From: Octopus bimaculoides
Taxonomy: Eukaryota
Length of the DNA: 35,072 nt
Direction: 5' to 3'
Assembly: GCF_001194135.2 (NCBI RefSeq)
Contig: NC_068984.1
Span: 74,261,590-74,296,661 of the forward strand
The position numbers and the translations under genes are program-made. Positions 21,666 through 31,275 of this stretch are shown piece after piece. Position 1 is the stretch's first letter. Each line of letters begins with the position of its first letter. Below the pieces are notes generated by a model. The model searched no databases. It worked only from the letters and a program-made list of their open reading frames with translations, and was not told where the DNA came from.

Positions 21666-22265
21666 CTCTTTTTCCCTGCCATCATGGTGTTCCAACGTCA
21701 GCCCATCGTAATCGATGCCAGTGGGCATCTTTTGGGGCGTTTGTCTGCAGTCGTAGCGAAAAGTCTCTTGCAAGGACAAAGAATGGTAATTGTCCGGTGT
21801 GAAGGCATCAATATTTCAGGCCATTTCCACAGAAATAAAATGAAGTAGTTATATTACCTTCGAAAAAGATGTAATGTGAATCCCAGAAGAGGACCCTTCC
21901 ATTTCAGGGCTCCCAGCAAAATCTTCTTTAGAACAGTCAAAGGTATGCTTCCTCATAAAATTAAGCGTGGAAAAGATGCTCTTGGCCGACTGAAGGCATT
22001 TGAGGGTATCCCTGCTCAATACAACAAAAAGAAGCGAATGAGTGTTCCAGCAGCTCTCCGAATCATTCGTTTAAAACCGGGTCGAAAGTACTGCGATTTG
22101 AATCGATTGGCACATGAAGTTGGCTGGAAATACCAACTTGCCATTGCCAGTTTAGAAGCTAAAAGAAAGGCTAAATCTAGCAACTTTGTTGGAAAAGCAA
22201 GATCTGATGCAGCCTTGAAAAGAAAAGCTAAAGAGGCTGTGAGCAAAAAGATTCGAAATTATGAG
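21666..22265 (+). pseudogene. RPL13A: Processed pseudogene (retrocopy) of 60S ribosomal protein L13a (uL13)
   Basis: ATG at 21684: [91 protein letters not shown]...AHEVGWKY...KKIRNYE, collinear with eukaryotic L13a and without introns. TAG at 21846-21848 replaces conserved Tyr55. Pyrimidine leader from 21666; 3' end lost in a 10-N gap. Confidence 0.97.
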
Positions 22266-22275
22266 NNNNNNNNNN

Positions 22276-22592
22276 TACTATAGCCTCGGGCCGACCAAAG
22301 CCTTGTGAGTGGATTTGGTAGACGGAAACTGAAAGAAGCCCGTCGTATATATGTATATATATATGTCTGTGTGTTTGTGTGTTTGTGTTTGTCCCCCTAG
22401 CATTGCTTGACAACCAATGCTGGTGTGCTTATGTCCCCGACACCTAGCGGTTCGGCAAAAGAGACCGATAGAATAAGTACTAGGCTTACAAAGAATAAGT
22501 CCCGGGGTCGATTTGCTCGACTAAAGGTGGTGCTCCAGCATGGCCACAGTCAAATGACTGAAACAAGTAAAAGAGTAAAAGAGTAAAGAGTA
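22276..22592 (+). mobile_element. SINE family A, young-looking copy, head missing at the gap
   Basis: tactatagcctcgggccgaccaaagcc...gactgaaacaagtaaaagagtaaaagagta. Confidence 0.93.
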
Positions 22593-22594
22593 TA

Positions 22595-23110
22595 TATTTT
22601 GAGAATAAAATAAAAAATGCTGAGTAAATATATCGGTGGGTGTCGATAATATACTTTATATATTGGTTTGGCGGGGGAAATATTTGAAAGAAAATTTTCG
22701 GTGGACGAATTACATTGTTTTAACTCCCGATTGCTCTGTATGTGTTTTTTAATGCAGTAAGATATAAAAGAGGGCGTAAAATATATTAAAGAGGGCGTAC
22801 TGCCACAGGTGTACCCCACACCGACTTTGTTGATGCATAACTTCCATGGATATTTCGTAATGAAATTATCTAGAAATACGTTTCAGGTGGTGTTGGTTTT
22901 GATTATATCAAAATATGTGGTGAAAAACTTTTTCCGAGTAAGGGGGTGAATAGTTCTGAAAAATTGAAGAGACGGCTTTCTTTACTCATAACTTTCTGAA
23001 AAATGGATAATTTTTTGTGAAATTATCAATAATACCTTTCAGAGTGTGTAGATTACGACTAAATCGGAATTTTATATGAAAAAATATTTGGTGGGATTGA
23101 TTACATACAT
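22595..23110. mobile_element. Possible old MITE or DNA-transposon internal sequence
   Basis: Internal repeats cataact...atggata...tgaaattatc (twice) and aaagagggcgta (twice); termini not resolved. Confidence 0.3.
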
Positions 23111-23496
23111 ACTGACACACGTCACATATATCTAGAAAATGAAATATGAAGTTTCGAAAAAAAACAAAAACTGATGTGTTTTACTATGTATGTGTGCGTC
23201 CTCACATTTTTTTTTTTTCGCATCAAACACCGATATAATCGTAATCTATCCACACTCAGGTAAAGCTTGTATTCTGGCAATGACATCTTTGCAATGTTCT
23301 TCAGGTTACGGAATATATACATACATACATACATACATGCATACATACATACATACATACATACATACATACGTATGTGCGTATATATGTATGTGTGTGT
23401 GTATGTGTATGTATGTATGTATGTATATATGCATGTATGTATGTATGTATGTATGTATGTGCACATATACATATGTGTATGGTGTGGGGTGTGTAT

Positions 23497-23762
23497 TGTT
23501 TATCTTTTATCTGTTACGTGTTCCTGTCATTAAACTGCGGCCATGCTGGGGCACCGCCTTGAAGAATTTTGAACCGAATGTACAGACCCCAGTACTTACA
23601 TTTTATAAGCCTAGTACTTATTTTGTCGGTGTCTTTTGTTGAAGCACTAAGTTAAAGGTATGTAAATACACCAGCATCAATTATCAAGCGGTGGTGGGGC
23701 ACACACATACACACACACACACACACTTATATGTGTGTGTGTATACATATATATATACACGC

Positions 23763-23814
<52 letters not shown>

Positions 23815-23975
23815 GCATATACACATAGGGCCACTTTCAGTTTCCTTCTACCAAATCCCCTCGCAAGGCTTTGGTCGGCGCGAAGCTAGGGTAGAAATCA
23901 CTTGCCCAAGTTGCCACACAGTAGGAATGATGCCGGAACCATGTGGTTTGGAAACAACCTACTTACCACACTGCC
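23497..23975 (-). mobile_element. SINE family A, full length, diverged, with an expanded internal (TA/CA)n
   Basis: Reverse complement begins ggcagtgtggtaagtaggttg... and ends ...gcagtttaatgacaggaacacgtaacagataaaagata. Confidence 0.85.
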
Positions 23976-23980
23976 TGTAT

Positions 23981-24069
23981 ATTCTTTCCTACTTTGGGCA
24001 CAAGGCCCGAAATTTGGGGGGAGAGGTCAGTCGATTAGATCCATCCCAGTACGCAACTGGTAATTAATT
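23981..24069 (-). mobile_element. SINE family B 3' fragment (tail type 2)
   Basis: Reverse complement ...ccagttgcgtactgggatggatctaatcgactgacctctcccccaaatttcgggccttgtgcccaaagtaggaaagaat. Confidence 0.85.
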
Positions 24070-24994
24070 ACACCGCCTGTAAATGATTGTCACAAAAATT
24101 ATGTAAATGCAAAGCTAAGGTGAGATTTGAAAATAGCACTTACTAAATGACATAACAAAAATACCGCGAGACATCACCGATAACTGATAATCAGTGGTTA
24201 AATAATATCGCCATGCATGAAACGATAACGTCACGACAAGTTTTACGTTACGACGTCATCATTGTATGCGGTGAAATAAGAGTGTTTTGTCTAAACTGAT
24301 GATTATAGGAATGAGAGAACATGTATACACGAACAGGCTTACATATGTGTGTTCATGTTTATGCTCGTGAGCGTTTTTATTTACACGTATATGTGAATAA
24401 GTAAGAGCATGTGTACGAGTTTGTGTATATGTGCGAATATATATATATNNNNNNNNNNNNNNNNNNNNNNNNNNNNNNNNNNNNNNNNNNNNNNNNNNNN
24501 NNNNNNNNNNNNNNNNNNNNNNNNNNNNNNNNNNNNNNNNNNNNNNNNNNNNNNNNNNNNNNNNNNNNNNNNNNNNNNNNNNNNNNNNNNNNNNNNNNNN
24601 NNNNNNNNNNNNNNNNNNNNNNNNNNNNNNNNNNNNNNNNNNNNNNNNNNNNNNNNNNNNNNNNNNNNNNNNNNNNNNNNNNNNNNNNNNNNNNNNNNNN
24701 NNNNNNNNNNNNNNNNNNNNNNNNNNTATATATATATATATATATATATATTATTTTGTTCAAAAGAGTTCCAACACTGTCTGTTTTTTATGTTTTATTT
24801 ATATTCCTGCAGAACCAATGTGGGGCACAGAATATGGAACACACAATATATAATATACAATATATAATATAAAATAAAATAAAATAAAAATGGATGGCAC
24901 CATGAAAGAAAGTATTGAATGTAGATGAAATATTGAGTGTTCAATATAAAGGATCAAATATATAAATATAAATATAAAAATATAAATATATAAA

Positions 24995-25034
24995 GGCGAC
25001 TCGAGTTTCAGGGCTATTTCCCTTCGTCATGGCC
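24995..25034 (-). ncRNA. Minimal type I hammerhead-ribozyme-like motif
   Basis: Minus strand GGC-C(A)UGACGA-AGGG(AAAUAG)CCCU-GAA-ACUCGAGU-C-GCC: stem I GGC/GCC, perfect 4-bp stem II, perfect 8-nt palindromic stem III and a GUC cleavage triplet. The single deviation is an extra or substituted A at C3/U4. Confidence 0.65.
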
Positions 25035-26466
25035 GGTATGTATATATATATATGTATGTATGTATGTTTGTATATATATATACTTATATACATATACGCA
25101 TACTTATATACATATATACATGCATACACACACACATATCTATATACCTATATTTACACTTGTATGCATGTATGTATGCATGTATATATATATATATATG
25201 TATGTATATATATACTGAAAAAATATATATATATATGCATATGTATGTATACATGCGTGTTGTGGATGTTACTTGATTTTCTGTGTGCGCAGCTGTCTCT
25301 GCGAGTGTACGCATGCGTCGTATGTATATATTTGTACATATTTGTACAAATGCCAGTGTGTTTATATGTACGTGTAACTGTATGTACATATATATGTATA
25401 CATATGCTTGCATATGTGCACGTTCTGTGTGCACACACGTCTATGCATACATATATGTGTGTAGCATGCACAGTTGCTATGTCTATTTTTCATCTGTGTC
25501 TACTCTACGCATGTATGCAATGTAAGAAAAACGAGACGGGTCGTTTGGAAAATGTATTTATTTTTCTGAATTTTTATGTACTTTATCCACCCTCTTTCTT
25601 CATTCTACAGTAGCAAGAACAAGAAGGACAACAATAAAACCCACAAAAATCACGACAACGCAGTAAGTTTTATACGAGCTGTGAATGAAGTCTATTGTGG
25701 ACATGTCAAACATGCCAACGTGTTTAAACGCCTTCCACCTTTATATATATATNNNNNNNNNNNNNNNNNNNNNNNNNNNNNNNNNNNNNNNNNNNNNNNN
25801 NNNNNNNNNNNNNNNNNNNNNNNNNNNNNNNNNNNNNNNNNNNNNNNNNNNNNNNNNNNNNNNNNNNNNNNNNNNNNNNNNNNNNNNNNNNNNNNNNNNN
25901 NNNNNNNNNNNNNNNNNNNNNNNNNNNNNNNNNNNNNNNNNNNNNNNNNNNNNNNNNNNNNNNNNNNNNNNNNNNNNNNNNNNNNNNNNNNNNNNNNNNN
26001 NNNNNNNNNNNNNNNNNNNNNNNNNNNNNNNNNNNNNNNNNNNNNNNNNNNNNNNNNNNNNNNNNNNNNNNNNNNNNNNNNNNNNNNNNNNNNNNNNNNN
26101 NNNNNNNNNNNNNNNNNNATATATACACACACATATATATATATATATACATACGTACACATATATACATACGTATATACACAAACAGATGCATGCACAT
26201 ATATATGCTCGCACACATACACACATGTATATAGATATATAGAGAAAGACCGAGAGAGAAAGTCACACACACATATATATATATATACATATATATTTTT
26301 TCCCCTATATAAGGGGAAATAGAGAAAAAGAAATAAAAAAACGAACCCTTCTATGTCATCTAACCACGCCGCCATTTTTGATTTAAAGAAACATGGAATG
26401 AAATAACGAAGAATGACAACAAGAACATTTGTAGTAGCAACAACGATGACAAATAATGACAATACT

Positions 26467-26521
26467 GATGATGATGATGATGATGATGATGATGTTGGTT
26501 TCAAATTTTGGCAGTGTTAAT

Positions 26522-26560
<39 letters not shown>

Positions 26561-26930
26561 TGAAAATTGAAGCAAGTATATAATGTGAAATAGTGGAAAA
26601 ATTGAACGAGTATAGTAAAGTTAAATGAGGAAAAGAAAGAAAGAAGAAAAGGAAATGGAGATAAAAATAAGGAAGGAAGAAAGAAAGATAGAGTGGAATA
26701 AGAATGGAAAATAAAAAGTAAAGGATATACAGAAAGAAAAAGGAAAATGGAAGTAAGCTAAAAGAAGATTTTTTAAAAAGAGTTACGAAAATGAAAAGCG
26801 GAAACAGTGAAATATAGAATAAAATGAGAAAATAAACCTATATAGAATGAACGATGGACAGAATAAAGCAAGAAATAAAAAATTTCAATAGAAAAAAGAA
26901 TTACAAAAGTGAATTGAATAAGTTGGTTTA
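26467..26930. repeat. (GAT)n and (AAT)n microsatellites followed by a roughly 350-bp A/G-rich low-complexity tract
   Basis: Direct inspection. Confidence 0.85.
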
Positions 26931-26949
26931 TAACAGTAAGTTTATAATA

Positions 26950-27245
26950 GTAACATCTCCATGTATCCGGTGTCCGAATTATGACGATAATGCTGTTTGC
27001 GCATGCTAACACAGTTCTTCAGCATCCTATCCTGCACGGGATGCCCCCTCAACTTCAGTAGTTTTCCCAATGGAGGTTCAGGAGGAGATGTGAGAGAGCA
27101 TGATAATGAATTGTTCTGGTAGGTAACCATTCATCCTAACCACTCTGCAGTTGTCGCTGTACATTGTGGCAATCACCATTGAAGACGGAACCAAAACTGT
27201 CTGGCGTGAGAACAACCGCCAAGTATTGGTTGTTGATCTTATAGA
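26950..27245 (-). mobile_element. Decayed L1/Tx1-like LINE reverse transcriptase fragment
   Basis: Minus-strand pieces INNQYLAVVL, GSVFNG, YSDNCRVVRMNGYLPEQFII, EPPL.KL and ACANSIIVI correspond to the RT stretch from after K-AFD through (Q)G-PLSP to (A)YADD(I/V)T. Confidence 0.55.
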
Positions 27246-27278
27246 AAATTTTTAATTAAAACTAAGAGTTAAAGTTAT

Positions 27279-27507
27279 ACCGACTCATAAGGGCAGGTTT
27301 CTCGGTTTCCATGAAGTATATATTCTCCACCTGAGCAGGACGCCTGTCCGTCGGAGGATTACTCATTTTTGCCAGCTGAGTGGACTGGAGCATCGTGAAA
27401 TAAAGTGTTTTGCTCATGAATACAACACGTCGCCCGGTTCAAGAATCGAAACCACAATCTTACGATCATGAGTCCAACACCCTAACCACTAAGCTATGTG
27501 CCTTCAC
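27279..27507 (-). mobile_element. SINE family D (tRNA-like head), 3' truncated
   Basis: Reverse complement gtgaaggcacatagcttagtggttagggtgttggactcatgatcgtaagattgtggtttcgattc... has clear A and B boxes, followed by gctccagtccactcagctggcaaaaatgagt. Confidence 0.9.
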
Positions 27508-27581
27508 CAAAGCTTTTGATTGATCTAAATTGATCAGGGCCCCACACACACTGGAATTTCTCGCAACCGAACGGAAACGTT

Positions 27582-28380
27582 TTGAAATCCGACCAATTGA
27601 CCATCTTGGAAGATTCGATCAGCTGACCGAAATTATGTATTTGTCGAAATTCGAATAACTAACCATTTGGGGGAAATTACTCAACTAACCGTTTTATGAA
27701 GTTCCTTCGATCACCTGTCCTTTCGAGGAAATTCGATCGGCTGCTTGTTTCAGCAATTGTGATCAACTGAACCATTTATGAAATTGATAATTCGAAAGTT
27801 TGTGTAATGAAGCTTGGAAAATTACGTAACGGAAGTTAGAATAGAAAATGCGGCAGTTAAACAAATGTTTTCAAAATTATGTAGCTGTAATTAACATAAA
27901 ATTCCCATTAGTGAAATTCTTTGACAAGTAACTCGATTTAACATCCGATCAGAATGGATTAGAACTAGTCGGAACCGGTTGGAATCGGCTGGAGCTAAAT
28001 TGAAATTGAATCAGTTAATGGTCTGAAGAAATTTGGAACTATTGTTTCAGGAAAATACGATAAACTGATCATTTTATGAAATTCGATCAGCTGTCTGTGT
28101 AAATTCGATCAACTGTCTAACCGTGTAAATTCGATCAACTGTTTGTTTTAGAAATTCGACTGGCAGACTTCTTCTTGAATTCTAAAACTAGCAGACTTCT
28201 TGAATTTTAAACTTCCGTTTGCAGAAATTATATCAATTGTCCGTTTGCAGGAACTCGACAAATTGCCTGATTTACGAAATTCAATCAGCTAATAATTTTC
28301 TAAAATTCGATTAATAATGTGTTTGAGTAAATTCGATCACTTTTCCCTTTAGAGAAATTCGATTAACTGATCATTTTCTG
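27582..28380. repeat. Degenerate minisatellite, core GAAATTCGATCA(A/G)CTG, period about 25-27 bp, two blocks
   Basis: About 8 units at 27582-27800 and about 11 units at 28050-28380; conserved core with variable spacers. Confidence 0.85.
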
Positions 28381-28579
28381 ATATATACATATACATACAT
28401 AATTAATATATANNNNNNNNNNNNNNNNNNNNNNNNNNNNNNNNNNNNNNNNNNNNNNNNNNNNNNNNNNNNNNNNNNNNNNNNNATATATATATATATA
28501 TATATATATACATAATTAATGTAGGCAACGGAAAGCAATCTGTACCAAAAAAGTAAACTATAACCGACATTATGACAGT

Positions 28580-28825
28580 ATGACTGAGGTTGTTAGAAAC
28601 ACTTACGTTGCAAGAAACAATAGCTAAACGCTCTAATGCTGCAATTAAAGCACATAATTGTATACATACATGCTGGCAGAGACCATAATCGCCCGCGACC
28701 GCAGCTTTTCGGGCGATTACGGTCCCTGTTAGCATGTATGTATACAATTATGTGCTGTGACTGCAGCATAAGAGCGTTGAGTTGTTATTTCTAACAATAT
28801 AAATGTTTCTAACACCCTCAATCAT
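28580..28825. repeat. 246-bp fold-back inverted repeat (probable MITE)
   Basis: Arms 28580-28695 and 28710-28825 are 116 bp each and align without gaps at 97/116, with a 26-bp perfect core and a 14-nt loop. Confidence 0.95.
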
Positions 28826-28935
28826 GTGTGTGTGTGTGTGTGTGTGTGATTATTTTATAAGGGTGATATGCTTCACATATCCTATTTAGCATTAAAAAAT
28901 AAAGCCTATAGAAACGCGTCTATGCAATCAGTGGG

Positions 28936-29106
28936 TCTCTATAAATACTTGCTAAATCACTCTCCGACCAGACCATAATGTTTTTGAAAAATGAATGACA
29001 CACGAGATAACGATGTTCTGGACACACTTTATCTGAAAAAGATAGGATGTTAAAAGATGGAATGCCTTTGATAATAGGTTTAGCTCAACAGTACTGACCT
29101 GAGAGT
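28936..29106 (+). mobile_element. Repeat family E copy
   Basis: ...aaagatggaatgcctttgataataggtttagctcaacagtactgacctgag. Opposite-strand copies at about 19095-19170 and 30490-30700. Confidence 0.6.
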
Positions 29107-29297
29107 AATTCATTTGCCCAAACTCCACAATCTTACTCTTAAGTAGTTTTAACTAAGTTAATTCTACTACAAACATTTGAAACAAACGTTGAAGCCTCTT
29201 CTGGTCGTATTTATTTTCTGCCTGTATCGATGGGTAAATGTTCGAGACCAGCATCAGCTGCACTAATATTACAAGAAAGTAGCCTACGAATTTTTAA

Positions 29298-29380
29298 TTA
29301 CTCTGGTGCCATAGACACTTTACGCAAAACTGAGTCACTGATTAACCGAGCTAGTGTCAGTAATGAAGATTCACAAAAAC
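29298..29380 (-). CDS. Weak candidate exon (phase 1 start), unknown protein
   Basis: tattatctag|G acceptor; in frame with the 93-nt exon across a 57-nt intron: GFCESSLLTLARLISDSVLRKVSMAPE-stop (or a donor at 29301). Confidence 0.25.
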
Positions 29381-29437
29381 CTAGATAATACATCGCAATG
29401 TGCAAAAGTACCCTCATCTGCACAGCAGTTTTCTTAC

Positions 29438-29530
29438 CGTCACTCCAGCAGACGTGACTCTTATGCGTGTAGATAAAGATCTGACCAAGGGTAATTTTCA
29501 TGGTATAAGGAAATTTAGCAAGGGAAATAA
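29438..29530 (-). CDS. Candidate 93-nt coding exon (phase 1-1) of an unidentified minus-strand host gene
   Basis: Pyrimidine-rich acceptor ...gggttgctttcag| and donor G|gtaaga. Only one frame is open: (V)ISLAKFPYTMKITLGQIFIYTHKSHVCWSD(G). Confidence 0.45.
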
Positions 29531-30241
29531 CTGAAAGCAACCCGTGGAGAATATAAAGACGAATAAAGGTGTATTAAATACCATAATAAGATTTTGATTC
29601 ATTGAAATTATTTTCCCTTTAAGAGAAAACAAATGCTTCCTGACAACTGCGAGAAGTCCCAGACAGAAAGGGAGATAATCCCAAGAATCAATTATTTTCC
29701 GAAATTGACATGACTTTTAGGAAAATAAAGTTTGATTGTATGGAGACAAGATGACAAGTGTGGTTTATTTGTTTTTAGAGAATTTAACTGAGACATCATT
29801 TGAATAATGCTCTTTGAAATGAAACTATAAGCTATGGAATAGCAGATAATTTCCACAACTTTCACACACAAACACACACACATTAGTATTTATTAAGTGC
29901 GTATGTATATGTGTGTTTATAAGTTTCCATATATGCATATGTGTTTGTGCATACGAATTTATATTTATATACATAGATACGCACACATACACACACACAC
30001 ACACATATATATACATATACGTGTGAGTGTAGGCACACATGTGTGTGTTTGTGCGTATATGTGTGTGTTTATGCGTGTGTGCGTATATACGTGAGTGTGC
30101 GCGCGCGCGTGAGTGTGTGTGTGTGTACTGAGACAAAGGAGGAGACATTGAGATTAGGTTATAAGTTATTTATCACAAATTAGCATTAAGCCGACGCTCG
30201 CTTAAGTGGTCTACTCTTTATAGGTATATACTTAAACTCAC

Positions 30242-30283
30242 CTTGTCTTGTCTGAGTCTTTAGTGTTTCGGATTTTGTTTTGC
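30242..30283 (-). CDS. Candidate 42-nt coding exon of the same host gene
   Basis: Acceptor ttccttccag| and consensus donor AAG|gtgagt. The phase 1-1 frame (G)KTKSETLKTQTRQ(V) joins the 93-nt exon in frame. Confidence 0.4.
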
Positions 30284-31275
30284 CTGGAAGGAATTCAATA
30301 ATTACCTTGTCTACTTCTTTATTGCGTGCGCTCAAAACAACCTTCGCGGATTAAAAACCTTCAAACAGGCCCTTTCTCTGAATAACATCACATTAACTTA
30401 GAAAAGCGGCCTTGTGCATAAGGAAGAACGTGATGGTGATTAGAAAGAAATTTAGAATAAGAATATAACTCCGCTAATGCTGTTGCTGGTGTTATTGTTG
30501 GTAGTGTTGTTCTTGTTGCTGTCTCTTTAGCCTCAGGTCATTGCTGATCGAGCAAACCTATTATCATAGCCGTGACTGTAACTAACAGTTTTTTTTCTTT
30601 TTTTTTTTTTTTTACATAAGGCTACATCATCGAATGTATCTTAGCTATGTGTTATGAAGACATAGTGTGTGTTTTGAGAGTAAGTCGGCTGTTCTTTCTT
30701 ATGTACTGAGACACCAAATTCACTTATTGGTTCGCTGGAAATATTTTTCATACAACTTATTGTCCTGAAAAGTTAAAACAACAGCTAATAAGGTTACAGG
30801 TGGAGCATATAAAGAGGAAAGAAACCAGCATTCAACCTGCAGAAAATGTCAGCCAAGTGCCATCTTTATGATTGTACTGCTTTTAGATTGGAAGGACTCA
30901 TTGCATAATCTGATTCATTGCCTAGAAAAAATGTTCTGAATGCATATGACCAGAACGTGCTGAAATTAGGTTGAGCTAGCGTTAAGAATAAACACCACAA
31001 CAATAAAGGTTTAATAATTAACTAATTATGGCCAACTTGAAAATCTTTTCGGTCATTAAGTGTTGGTAATTGTCGAGGTCAAACTATTGAAAAGGGTCTT
31101 AGTTGGGAGAACAATTTAAAGTTTTGCGTAGACAAACCTCAAATTCACGCACACTAAAAGAAAAATAACTTATATTGCAGTTTTACTATTCTTTAGTCAA
31201 TAGCATTTATAATTTTCCTAAACTTTATAGATATTACCCTCTATCCCATAGACACCATAGAATCATAAATAGAAA

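Noticed and set aside
21876-22283. 135-aa ORF as an intact gene
   Set aside because: It is the post-stop part of the RPL13A retrocopy, starting at a GTG that corresponds to an internal Val codon.
2782-26504. Long ORFs in the track (200-430 aa) rich in X, CV, YI or HT
   Set aside because: They run through N gaps and dinucleotide microsatellites and have no coding signal.
27582-28380. CRISPR array
   Set aside because: Eukaryotic context, degenerate repeats, spacers of only about 10 nt and no cas genes.
30700-30950. Further minus-strand exons
   Set aside because: Several acceptor-like sites but only weak donors, and the frames do not join consistently.
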